Part shown: positions 36,838 through 48,035 of the stretch, piece after piece
Layout: the number at the start of each line of letters is the position of its first letter
How positions within the stretch are numbered: position 1 is the stretch's first letter
DNA from: Flectonema sp. DT1601
Taxonomy: Eukaryota
Reading direction: 5' to 3'
Length of the DNA stretch: 64,000 nucleotides
Assembly (NCBI GenBank): GCA_964019425.1
Contig: OZ025805.1
Coordinates: 434,001 to 498,000 of the forward strand
The notes under the pieces: model-generated
What the model saw: the letters and a program-made list of their open reading frames with translations, nothing else
The model's database searches: none
Told to the model about the DNA's origin: nothing
Translations under genes and position numbers: made by a program

Positions 36838-39132
36838 ATGCTGTTGTCAGTAATCGCACTGCTTGCAGTGTCACAATGTGAATTGAACGGAACTATTATA
36901 AATCCGTTCTATGTTTACAAAGCTAGTGACATTATTGATTGTTACAACACTGTTCCAGTTGATCAGGATGTGATTACCGAAGCGTTGAAGGCAGCATCAG
37001 AAATGATTGAGTTCTATCACGGTACTGATGTTGCTATGTCTACAGATCCGAATATCGTCGGGAAAGTTGATTTGAGATTGGCTCTTGCGGAATTTCGTAT
37101 CAGAAATTGGGATTCCGACTTCCAGTTTCACAGTTCAATGGGACGGCTTTTCTCTAAGCTTCATGATGGTCATACTGCATACATCATCCCTTCAGGGTAC
37201 CATTCAGCTTATGCGTTACCCATTGTCTTGGGATCGAAATTAGTTAACAATCAACAAGTTATATATGTCAGTGATTTCCATTCGACATTCTCTACTTTCT
37301 CACCTGGACAATCATGGAGCTCTATTGCAGTAAACGATACAATTTCAGAGATTAACGGGTTTCCAGCATTGTCTTATTTGGCTGACTTCTTCGATGAAAA
37401 TGGAGCATCAAAGACGAGGGGAGCTGATCTAAATCGGTTCTTACGAGAAGTGCGAACCTTCTCAAATACAGTAACTGGTCTTCAACTGCTTTCCATGGAT
37501 ATCACAATTCTAGGTGGAGCTACGCACACGATTCCATTATATGCAGGAAGAGCTGATCGCGAACTAACAACTGCCTTGATTATTTCTCAAAACGTTCCAC
37601 AACAACAAACTGTTAGAAAAGTTGAGACTCAGAGCACTCTCTCAGAAATTGATCAACTTCACTCCATTTCACGTGAGCTCAGGGATGCGAGGGTAACAGA
37701 TTTCGAGCATCGTATTAAGCCGATTAGCACTCCAGAAAGGAGAAATGTTGAAGCTTTATCTCCGTCTGAATTGTGGACTCAGGGAAATGTGGTTGCTCAG
37801 TTCCCGAAGAATACCAGCGACCCAAATATTGTGTGCACGTCTTTTGAGCATTTAGATGATCCAGTCATGTATCTCTACATCGATACGTTCCACCCAGAAA
37901 TAGGTGGGGGGTCTTCTTGTGGTGATATAAGAGTGTTGGCGGATTTCGTGAAAGTAGTTGAAGCTTGCAACGATCGTTCATCTCAAACTACTGAACTCAT
38001 ATTGGATGTTCGTGGAAACGGAGGTGGAGTGATTTTGCTGTATTGGCAAATCTTAAATTACTTCTCTCCTAAGTTGTGGTTGCCAACTGAGTTGAGAGAA
38101 GCCTCAAAAACAACTTCTTCATTCCACGTTGAACCAGCTGTGACAGCGTCAGTTAAAGGAGCTTGGGAATACTCTTTGACTAACATGACTAGAAAGTACC
38201 TCGACCTCTACTACGCTGTAGTATTTAGCGACTCTACTTACAATGTGATCTTATCAACAACAGGTGAGAGTCTTATTGATGAACCACTCAGTGCCACAGA
38301 TAGAAGCAATTCTTACAATAAATTAAAGGATCTTTTCACTAATAAATTAGTAGAGAAGAGTCGTGCAACTGGATCCCCAAAGGTCTGGGTCGCACCAAAA
38401 CTTGAAAGAATGTACAAGCCGTTCGTTGACTTTAAGAACGTTGATAAGTGTCGTTTCCGTGATGATTTCTTTCCAAAGCAACCAACGAAAGGTTTTGCAA
38501 CAATTAAAGTAATGTCGCTTGGATTATGTGGCAGCTCGTGTTCACACACTGTGAAGCTTCTTAATAACGTAAACGCAGCGACTGTGTTCACTGCTGGAGG
38601 TGTTAGTGGAGAACGTCACAGGATAAGCTCAACTACCAATGCTCCTGTTTATCAATGGAATGCTTGGACTGATATTGCTAATAGCAGAGGTATGGGAGAT
38701 GGTCTTACCCCAATCACTATGACTAATGCTGCACTGTCGTTTAGTTTAGCTGCTTTTTATCCAGATCTTACTGACCCTTATTCTGGTGAATTCGAACCAG
38801 TTTACGCGAAGGAAACACTGCCTTACTGGCCTCCATTCTCACCAGCAACAGAACTCGATATGCTGAAACAGATTGCAAGTAAAAGTATTTCAACGACAAC
38901 TGGTTGGGTAGAATATGAGAACGGTACTTTTAAGGTTCCGGGTACGGTGGTTGCTGAATCAGTACCAGCAACACCATCACCACCTTCTAGTGGTCTGGAG
39001 TTGGGTGTCTTATTGCTTGTGATTATTTTACCTACAGTTACTGTTATTGCCGTCATCATAATTGTGTTTTGCTTTCATAAGAAACGTTCAACCGAACAGA
39101 CCAGGGAAATTAGTCATGAAATGCATGAGTAA
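36838..39132 (+). CDS. Membrane-anchored S41-family serine peptidase, copy 2
   Basis: Translation identical to 29278-31572. Confidence 0.85.
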   Translation: MLLSVIALLAVSQCELNGTIINPFYVYKASDIIDCYNTVPVDQDVITEALKAASEMIEFYHGTDVAMSTDPNIVGKVDLRLALAEFRIRNWDSDFQFHSSMGRLFSKLHDGHTAYIIPSGYHSAYALPIVLGSKLVNNQQVIYVSDFHSTFSTFSPGQSWSSIAVNDTISEINGFPALSYLADFFDENGASKTRGADLNRFLREVRTFSNTVTGLQLLSMDITILGGATHTIPLYAGRADRELTTALIISQNVPQQQTVRKVETQSTLSEIDQLHSISRELRDARVTDFEHRIKPISTPERRNVEALSPSELWTQGNVVAQFPKNTSDPNIVCTSFEHLDDPVMYLYIDTFHPEIGGGSSCGDIRVLADFVKVVEACNDRSSQTTELILDVRGNGGGVILLYWQILNYFSPKLWLPTELREASKTTSSFHVEPAVTASVKGAWEYSLTNMTRKYLDLYYAVVFSDSTYNVILSTTGESLIDEPLSATDRSNSYNKLKDLFTNKLVEKSRATGSPKVWVAPKLERMYKPFVDFKNVDKCRFRDDFFPKQPTKGFATIKVMSLGLCGSSCSHTVKLLNNVNAATVFTAGGVSGERHRISSTTNAPVYQWNAWTDIANSRGMGDGLTPITMTNAALSFSLAAFYPDLTDPYSGEFEPVYAKETLPYWPPFSPATELDMLKQIASKSISTTTGWVEYENGTFKVPGTVVAESVPATPSPPSSGLELGVLLLVIILPTVTVIAVIIIVFCFHKKRSTEQTREISHEMHE

Positions 39133-41295
39133 GTCAAAAATATACCTCACCGATTTTTTTATAATATGAAACGTGCCTGTCGGTTCAAAACCCTCCCTCT
39201 CATCGTCAAAATGGAGTAGTTGTCGTTAACAGTTGTGATACATTATTATGTTGGTTTATTGAAAAATAAAACAATTATCCCTCCCTTCAATGAAATTCGT
39301 AACTGTTTTTTTTTTTTAAATCAATAAATCCCTCTTCATGAAGTTCCCCTTATTTCATCACCTGTTGTGAATAATAACTGTAACGGAAAGGCATATGTTT
39401 GCCGTGGTTGCAATTTATGGTTTTCGATACCTCTTTTTCTTTTTTTAATTTTCAAAAAAAACAATAGCATGGATACTGCCGTACAAGGTTATTCATTTTC
39501 GTTGTTGTCGTGTATGTAAAGTAGAACCGATAAAGCAGAAAAGTTTTTAAAAATATTTTTTTTTAATATTTTTCCTGCAATGATAAACATTTCAGGTGTA
39601 AACATCTCACATCGCCATAACTTACATTCCGACATTTGTATTTTTAACGTCATCAAACTACTGTGTAATTGTTGTGTTTATTCCTCTCTTATTCTTTTTT
39701 TTAAACTAAAAAAAACAAACGTAACCCTTATAACTAAATGTAAGCTCGTGGGCAGTGCCTGTGAGATCTTAATCCCTTCAAACCTCCCGTGTCTATACTG
39801 ATGATGAGAGAATAGAGGTTAAAGAGGTATATATGGATTACTCTCGAAACCTAAATAGTTACTTTAAAAGACTAAGATAAGCCTCTATTGTAGTATAAGT
39901 GTGACACGAGGTTAACTGAGCGACTCTTGCTGACTGTGAAGCTAGACTAGATGGCTGCTCAGGTGTACGGGACTCTCACCCAAGAGACTGTGTTGTTGAG
40001 TGTCTCTTGTAGTGTATAAATTAAGGTTATAAAGCAGAAAGTTAAAGATAACTTTGGCATTTGTTTTTAACATAATCTGCTTATCGCTCTCTCCTGTTCT
40101 GTTTTTTTTTTTTTTTTTTTTTTTTAAATGTAGTATCTGACAGCGGGAATCCCCATATTCGACAGCACTGATGGGATTTTATGATTCCTACCCTTTTTTT
40201 TTTTTTGAATGAATTTAACAGTTTTTCAAAGTTGCTCTCCATTTAATATTAGTATCAAGTCCCCCTCGCTCTGGGGCTTTCACTTAAGCAACCAGATTTC
40301 ACGAGAGTACCATAAAAAGGTGTTGGATAAACCATAATTTTAAATTTCCTTTTTTTTTAGCTCTCTCGGTTTATGTTGATTGACTGTTTCGTACATCAAA
40401 TATTCCCATCTATTCACAAGTATTTGTTTATATTAATTTATAACATTCTCTTAATATCTCTTTTGATTCTGTTCCTTACAAATTGGAATTGCTACTCGTG
40501 TTGCCTGTTTTCTTCTTGTCGAGGCTTTCAGTAAGCCCCCCCTTGTAATATAAATTCTTTTGGGACAATAGGAGAATTCATGTCGCACGCATGTGATTAT
40601 TTCATGAAGGTTTTAATATGTAATGGAACAGTATTTTTTCTTTTTTGTTATTCCTTTCTCATTACCCATTCTTTTTTTTTGCTCGCAATCTGTTATTCTT
40701 CTGGACAAGGTGAACAGTTGGCAATCGATCCTTGCATCCGAAAGCTATAAAAACCATCACCGCGATTATGTCCTCTAAAATAGAATTAACTTTTGCTTCT
40801 TCGTCTCATCTCCGCAGGTGGTTTGTGAAAGCCTCTGCTAGGAAATCCTAATACTAACTCTTACTGATAAAACATCGAATTTCAGTTAAAAACAATCATT
40901 GTTTGTTTACTTATTCGTGACAACTCATAAGCCATCATTTATTCCCCCCCACAGAGGATAATATCCATACAGTGAAGGCAGTGATTAGCTGAACCATATC
41001 TATTGTTCTCTTTATGAGTTCCTGATCTCACCCACCCTTCCCCACTTCCCAGAACTGTACAGATACTTCTTTGTTGTGGATTTCTGACTTGTTTAATCTG
41101 AACTCTTAATTATAAACCATATTTCTTTATCAGGTGTGCCCAGTAATGGAAAGTGAATTTCTAATTTAGAAAGTTTCGAATGACAGAAATCATACGAACG
41201 TTATCAAGGTGCTAATCGCTGATTGTTTTTCATAGAAAAGGTAAAGATTATTTATATCCCTTTCTCAGTCCCTGCACACTAACTCAAGAAAAACA

Positions 41296-42255
41296 ATGCA
41301 AGTTTTTGTGACTTGTCCTGATTGGGGACTCCCCGCAGTGACAGTGACGGCTGGTGCTGATTCGGTTGTGAGCTACGTGTTGACGGCGGCTGCTGAGGAG
41401 TGGGATATGGATCCGGAGGAAGTTGAACTTTTGTTTGCTGGTGATACCCTTTGCGAAACTGATCGGCTGGCAGATCATGGAGTGGTTGCAAACAGCGAGT
41501 TGGAAATGGCGAAGAAGCAGTTTAGGATATTCGGTAAATGCTGGTTTGTTGATGATGCAAAACGGGAGAAGCTGCTTCTTTGGATGAGAGACCACATTAC
41601 GGAGTATTTATGTCTGGACACTCCCACATTCACAGAAGATGGTTGCCTCACAATTCGTGGTGACTTCCTTCTCTCAGATGCCAAACAAGTTGCTTTCCGC
41701 AATTCAAATTCCAAGAGCACAGCCATGCCATCAGTTACCACTATCGGGGATAGGTTCTTGTATTGTTCAAACATCACTTCTCTTGACCTTTCAAGTCTTA
41801 GTAGTGTCACAGCAATTGGAAATGAGTGCTTGTCTTGCTGTTCACGAATCACTTCTCTTGACCTTTCAGGTTTCAGTAGTGTCACCACTATTGGAAGCGA
41901 ATTCTTGTGTTACAGTACACGAATCACTGAGCTTGACCTTTCATGTCTTAGTAATACCACCGCAATTGGAAATTATTTCTTGTTTTCCTGTTCACACATC
42001 ACTTCTCTTGACCTTTCAGGTCTTAGTGGTGTCACCAGAATAGGGAGTCATTTCTTGTCTAACTGTCCCCAAATCACTTCTCTTGACCTTTCAAGTCTTC
42101 GTAATGTTACGAGTATTGAGGAGTCTTTCTTAGGTCAATGCAAAGCTCTTGAATCTGTCCAGTTGCCTGAAAGTAATAGCGCTCTCTTTGAGAAGTCTGT
42201 GAAAGAAGCGATTGATTATTCAGCAGCGATTGGAAGAATAACTCTTCTTTTGTGA
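41296..42255 (+). CDS. Ubl-LRR protein (6 repeats)
   Basis: Intact ORF with the same N-terminus and LRR consensus. Confidence 0.9.
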   Translation: MQVFVTCPDWGLPAVTVTAGADSVVSYVLTAAAEEWDMDPEEVELLFAGDTLCETDRLADHGVVANSELEMAKKQFRIFGKCWFVDDAKREKLLLWMRDHITEYLCLDTPTFTEDGCLTIRGDFLLSDAKQVAFRNSNSKSTAMPSVTTIGDRFLYCSNITSLDLSSLSSVTAIGNECLSCCSRITSLDLSGFSSVTTIGSEFLCYSTRITELDLSCLSNTTAIGNYFLFSCSHITSLDLSGLSGVTRIGSHFLSNCPQITSLDLSSLRNVTSIEESFLGQCKALESVQLPESNSALFEKSVKEAIDYSAAIGRITLLL

Positions 42256-42294
42256 AATTAGTCAGATTTTGACTAAAAAACGTAAACGGGTATT

Positions 42295-43329
42295 GTGTTG
42301 TTTTGTGAGGTCAATAGGACTGTAACTTTGTACAAAAAGAAACAACAGCATAGAATAAAAAAAAAGTAATGATAAGAACCAACTCTATCAAATCACATCA
42401 CCCCCGCTTACTTATGTTGTTTCCCGCGGTATTGTTGCTTGAATGTATAAATTTGTTTGGACTGATATTTATCGCCGTCAAATTTTCTTTTTTTATTTCA
42501 ACACTTGTTTAACAATATCAATTCCTCTCTTTATTAGTCCCTTCTTCCTTTCTAATTATTTATTACAAAAATCCTACCTTCTCAGAACAGTACGGATACA
42601 TTGTTTTGGTCAGGTGTGGTTATGATGATAAACTGATTGTCATTTTTCATTTTCTTGCTGAATGATATGGTTGTGTGCTGCCCCCAATTTTTTTATCGTA
42701 TTTGTAAAAAACCTGAGTAATGTGTTGTGCGCGTGGTTTGAGTGTTGTTTTGTGAGGACAATAAGACTGTAACTTTGTACAAAAAGAAACAACAGCATAG
42801 AATAAAAAAAAAGTAATGATAAGAACCAACTCTATCAAATCACATCACCCCCGCTTACTTATGTTGTTTCCCGCGGTATTGTTGCTTGAATGTATAAATT
42901 TGTTTGGACTGATATTTATCGCCGTCAAATTTTCTTTTTTTATTTCAACGCTTGTTTAACAATATCAATTCCTCTCTTTATTAGTCCCTTCTTCCTTTCT
43001 AATTATTTATTACAAAAATCCTACCTTCTCAGAACAGTACGGATACATTGTTTTGGTCAGGTGTGGTTATGATGATAAACTGATTGTCATTTTTCATTTT
43101 CTTGCTGAATGATATGGTTGTGTGCTGCCCCCAAATTTTTTTGTCGTATTTGTAAAAAACCTGAGTAATGTGTTGTGCGCGTGGTTTAAGTGTTGTTTTG
43201 TGAGGACAATAAGACTGTAACTTTGTACAAAAAGAAACAACAGCATAGAATAAAAAAAAGTAATCATAAGAACCAACTCTATCAAATCACATCACCCCCG
43301 CTTACTTATGTTGTTTCCCGTGGTATTGG
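42295..43329. repeat. 447-bp tandem repeat, ~2.3 copies
   Basis: Sequence and small ORFs recur at offset 447 (42443 vs 42890). Confidence 0.92.
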
Positions 43330-43559
43330 TATTTCTGACTTGTTTAATCTGAACTCTTAATTATCCACCATATATCCTTTATCAGATAACGACGGGAAAA
43401 AGAGAAAATGTATAGTAGTTTATTATTCGATGATTCAATGTAGGGATCGTATTTATATTTATTGCCTGGCGTTTGGAACACAACATCCACACATTCTTTA
43501 CACAGCAGCCATATATTAACACCCCACAGCTAATTGAAATTCAAAAAACTAAAAAAGCA

Positions 43560-44867
43560 ATGCAAGTTTTTGTGACGTGTCCTGATTGGGGACTCCCCGC
43601 AGTGACAGTGACGGCTGCTGCTGATTCAGTTGTGAACGACGTGCTGACGGCGGCGGCTGGGGAGTGGGATGTGGATCCGGAGGAAGTTGAACTCTCGTTT
43701 GCTGGTGATACCCTTTGCGAAACTGATCGACTGGCAGATCATGGAGTGGTTGCAGACAGCGAGTTTGAAATGTGGACGAAGCAGTTTAGGATATTCGGTA
43801 AATGCTGGTTTGTTGATGATGCAAAACGGGAGAAGCTGCTTCTTTGGATGAGAGACCACATTACGGAGTATTTATGTCTGGACACTGCCACATTCACAGA
43901 AGATGGTTGCCTCACTGTTGACCGTAAGCTGCTTCCTTCAGATGCCAAACAGGTTGCTTTCCGCAATTCAAATTCCAACAGCACAGCCATGTCATCAGTT
44001 ACCACTATCGGAGATGGGTTCTTGTCTTCCTGTTACCACATCACTGCGCTTGACCTTTCCAGTCTTCATAGTGTCACAACTATTGGATACGAATTCTTGT
44101 ATTTCTCACGACTCACTTCTCTTGACCTTTCAGGTCTTAGTAGTGTCACAAGTATTGGTGATGATTTCGTGTCTTTCTGTTCACAAATCACTTCTCTGGA
44201 CCTTTCAGGTCTTAGTAGTGTCACTACTATTGGTGATGAATTCTTGTGTCACTGTTTACAAATCACTTCTCTTGACCTTTCAGGTCTTAGTAGTGTCACC
44301 ACTATTGGAGAGAGTTTCTTGAATTACTGTTCAGGAATCACTTCTGTGAACTTCTCAGGTCTTAGTAATGTCACCACTTTTGGCAACTGGTTCATGTATT
44401 CCTGTTCAGGAATCACTACCCTTGACCTTGCAGGTCTTAGTAGTGTCACCAGTATTGGATTTTTCTTCTTGAAATCCTGTTTGCGTATCACTTCTCTTAA
44501 CCTTTCAGGTCTTAGCAGCATCACCACTATTGGGAGTTGTTTCTTGTCTTCCTGTTCGCGACTCACTTCTGTGAACTTCTCAGCTCTTAGTAATGTCACC
44601 ACTATTGGCTGCGGTTTCATGTCTTCCTGTTCAGGAATCACTACTCTTGACCTTTCAGGTCTTAGTAGTGTCACCACTATTGGCAACTGGTTCATGCCTT
44701 CCTGTTCAGGAATCACTACTCTTGACCTTTCAGATCTAAGTAGTGTCACCAGTATTGGTGATGACTTTCTCGATGAATGTGACTCTCTTGAATCTGTCCA
44801 GCTTCCTGAAAGTAATAACGCTCTCTTTGAGAAGTCTGTGAAAGCAGCGATTGATCATTCAGGATAA
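43560..44867 (+). CDS. Ubl-LRR protein (11 repeats)
   Basis: Family start MQVFVTCPDWG at 43560. Intact to AAIDHSG*. Confidence 0.9.
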   Translation: MQVFVTCPDWGLPAVTVTAAADSVVNDVLTAAAGEWDVDPEEVELSFAGDTLCETDRLADHGVVADSEFEMWTKQFRIFGKCWFVDDAKREKLLLWMRDHITEYLCLDTATFTEDGCLTVDRKLLPSDAKQVAFRNSNSNSTAMSSVTTIGDGFLSSCYHITALDLSSLHSVTTIGYEFLYFSRLTSLDLSGLSSVTSIGDDFVSFCSQITSLDLSGLSSVTTIGDEFLCHCLQITSLDLSGLSSVTTIGESFLNYCSGITSVNFSGLSNVTTFGNWFMYSCSGITTLDLAGLSSVTSIGFFFLKSCLRITSLNLSGLSSITTIGSCFLSSCSRLTSVNFSALSNVTTIGCGFMSSCSGITTLDLSGLSSVTTIGNWFMPSCSGITTLDLSDLSSVTSIGDDFLDECDSLESVQLPESNNALFEKSVKAAIDHSG

Positions 44868-45073
44868 AGTGGTGAATTGATTCTTATTGTTTTGTTTTTT
44901 GTTTAACTCATTACCATCGTGTACCTTCTGACTAAAATATGAAAACTTCTTTTCCCTTTGAGGGAATGTAATTACATGTCGCATCCTCGTAGTATTCGAT
45001 ACCCAGATATCACTTGTATAAGTTCTTTCTAACAGCAAGTTTAGCGTTTCGAAGAAATAATTCAAAAGAAGCA

Positions 45074-45114
45074 ACGCAAGTTTTAGTGACGTGTCCTGAT
45101 TGGGGACTCCCCGC
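45074..45114 (+). pseudogene. Tiny Ubl-LRR 5' remnant with ATG>ACG
   Basis: acgcaagttttagtgacgtgtcctgattggggactccccgc, preceded by the family's upstream sequence. Confidence 0.75.
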
Positions 45115-46208
45115 GGCACTCGCTATGATGATGATGATATCACTTCATGTGGCTCAGATAGCTCATAATTCATCATAAGTTGTGACTTCATATAAAGAAA
45201 GTGTTGTACAAGTGTTTTCATTAAGTATCAAAGTAGCACACGTAAACCTCCTTTAACTTTATCAGTTTCGGTTCACAGTTAGTGACACAAACAAAACATC
45301 ACAGTAGTTGTTATATTATTATTTTCTGTATAGTTCAAGATAAAGCCAATTCTGTTTTTGTAAATATAAACCCATTGTTGTTTGGTAGAGCGTAACTAAC
45401 CTATTCCTTTATTTATTAAAGATTTTTTGCTGGTTGCGCCAAAACAAAAAGAAAGTGAAGTGCAATTTGCCGATTCCTTTTTACCCAGGTAGTACTTTTA
45501 CAAAGAATGTAGAACCGAATTGGTTAAACATTTCATTACAGGAATCTAACAACATGTCGCATTCTTCGTAGTATTCGATACCCAGACATGATTCAATGTA
45601 GGGATCGTATTTATATAATTGTTGCAGCCTGGCGTTTGGAACACAACATCCACACATTCTTTACACAGCAGCCATATATTAACACCCCACAGCAAATAGT
45701 AATTCAAAAAACTAACAAACAATGCAAGTTTTTGTGACGTGTCCTGATTGGGGACTCCCCGCAGTGACAGTGACGGCTGGTGCTGATTCGGTTGTGATCG
45801 ACGTGTTGACGGAGGCTGCTGAGGAGTGGGATGTGGATCCGGAGGAAGTTGAACTCTCGTTTGCTGGTGATACCCTTTGCGAAACTGATCGGCTGGCAGA
45901 TCATGGAGTGGTTGCAGACAGCGAGTTTGAAATGGCGAAGAAGCAGTTTAGGATATTCGGTAAAAGCTGGTTTGTTGATGATGCAAAACGGGAAAAGCTG
46001 CTTCTTTGGATGAGAGACCACATTACGGAGTATTTATGTCTGGACACTCGGACATTCACAGAAGATGGTTGCCTCACTGTTGACAGTAGGCTGCTTCCTT
46101 CAAATGCCAAACAGATTGCTTTCCGCAATTCAAATTCCAACAGCACAGACATGTCATCAGTTACCACTATCGGAAATAAGTTCTTATATGGCTGTTCCCA
46201 AATCACTT

Positions 46209-46281
46209 GGGTAACGAAACTCGGATAGCGCGCCTCCTCGTGGTGTTACCTGGATGCACCTTGTGTGTAACTAGAGTGCTG
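46209..46281 (+). ncRNA. HDV-like self-cleaving ribozyme (predicted)
   Basis: P1 46209-15/46245-51 with G1.U wobble, P2 46226-31/46276-81, P3 46232-34/46242-44, L3 TCCTCGT, P1.1 GG 46252-53, P4 46255-59/46265-69, putative catalytic C 46271. Confidence 0.85.
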
Positions 46282-46904
46282 ACGTATTGTTGTTGTTGCT
46301 GTGTATTCTTTTACCCCCGTTTTATATTCCGGTAGCCTAACCTTTAAAAAAAAAGGACAACATAGCAGAAGGTCAGGTGATCCGGCCCGGGATACTCAGG
46401 CACCCAGAGCTCACAGGGGCCACCGGGTTTTTATTTTTTCCTTAGTGGCATGATTTCCCTTTACCCCCATTTCCTTCAAACTTCCCCCGTTTAGTCTTTT
46501 CACGCATGGGGGGATTATAAGTTCAGGTCGCCTGAAATGTATTAACAGTATCAGCCCCGCGAGTTACTCGGGGAGCTCCCATGCAATGTGTGGAGAAAGA
46601 GGCCATCCCTCCCCCTACCTCTCTGCTTTACTACGTCGTTTTTTGTGTGTGGCATTTCTTTTCCTATATTCTTTTCTTTTCAATCTTGTTCCTTCACACG
46701 CGGTTGTTCGAGCGGTTGTGAACCACCTTGGGTCTCTTACGGTCTCCAAGCTACTGTTGTGCGAAGAAACAAATCTGTTGGTGCGGTGGCCTTCCGACGC
46801 CACCTGGACCGCAACTCGTTCACAGTGCCCTACCCGGTTCTCCACCGGACCGCCTGAGCGACGGGATCCATGGGATTCAAACCCCTAAACACTGGTTAAT
46901 TTTT
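46209..46904 (+). mobile_element. Non-autonomous LRR-targeting retroelement, full length
   Basis: Perfect 20-bp TSD tggctgttcccaaatcactt (46189-46208 and 46905-46924). Confidence 0.92.
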
Positions 46905-47074
46905 TGGCTGTTCCCAAATCACTTCTCTTGACCTTTCAAGTCTTAGTAGTGTCACCACTATTGGCGATTGTTTGTTGTCTTTCTGTTCACAAGTCACTGC
47001 TCTTGATCTTTCAGGTCTTAGTAGTGTCACTACTATAGGAAATGATTACTTGTATTCCTATTCAGGAGTCACTT

Positions 47075-47769
47075 GGGTAAGGAAACTCGGATAGCGCGCC
47101 TCCTCGCGGTGTTACCTGGAGAGTGCTGACGTATTGTTGTTGCTGTGTATTCTTTTACCCCCGTTTTATTTTCCAGTCGCCTAACCTTTAAAAAAAAAAA
47201 AAAGGACTACATAGCAGAAGGTCAGGTGATCCGGCCCGGGATACTCAGGCACCCAGAGCTCACAGGGGCCACCGGGTTTTTATTTTTTCCTTAGTGGCAT
47301 GATTTCCCTTTACCCCCATTTCCTTCAAACTTCCCCCGTTTAGTCTTTTCACGCATGGGGGGATTATAAGTTCAGGTCGCCTGAAATGTATTAACAGTAT
47401 CAGCCCCGCGAGTTACTCGGGGAGCTCCCATGCAATGTGTGGAGAAAGAGGCCATCCCTCCCCCTACCTCTCTGCTTTACTACGTCGTTTTTTGTGTGTG
47501 GCATTTCTTTTCTTATATTCTTTTCTTTTCAATCTTGTTCCTTCACACGCGGTTGTTCGAGCAGTTGTGAACCACCTTGGGTCTCTTACGGTCTCCAAGC
47601 TACTGTTGTGCGAAGAAACAAATCTGTTGGTGCGGTGGCCTTCCGACGCCACCTGGACCGCAACTCGTTCACAGTGCCCTACCCGGTTCTCCATCGGACC
47701 GCCTGAGCGACGGGATCCATGGGATTCAAACCCCTAAACACTAGTTAATTTTTTTTTTTTTTTTTTTTT
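47075..47769 (+). mobile_element. Non-autonomous LRR-targeting retroelement, ribozyme-defective copy
   Basis: Starts after GTCACTT^. P4 and the catalytic C are deleted. T tail exceeds 20 nt. Left and right 20-mers differ at 6 positions. Confidence 0.9.
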
Positions 47770-48035
47770 TTCCTGTGAACAAATCACTTCTCTTGACCTT
47801 TCAGGTCTTACTAGTGTCACCGCTATTGGTGATTGCTTTCTCAGTAAATGCGACTCTCTTGAATATATCCAGCTTCCTGTGCAGCTGCCTGAAAGTAATA
47901 GCGCTCTCTTTGAGGAGTCTATGAAAGCAGCGATTGATCATTTAGGATAAAGTGGTGAATTGATTCTTAAAGTTTTGTTTTTTGTTATTTTTGTTTTATT
48001 AATTACTTGACCTTCGTGTACATTCCGACTGAAAT

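Larger units (their letters stand above)
27228..41295. repeat. ~7.56-kb tandem segmental duplication (LRR 3' half + S41 peptidase + spacer)
   Basis: Constant offset of 7560 (29278 vs 36838), becoming 7617 after a 57-bp indel near 40163. Only scattered substitutions. Confidence 0.95.
45722..47950 (+). pseudogene. Ubl-LRR gene interrupted by two short retroelements
   Basis: Ubl N-terminus, insertions at 46209 and 47075, two LRRs between them, C-terminal cap ending TAA 47948-47950. Confidence 0.88.
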
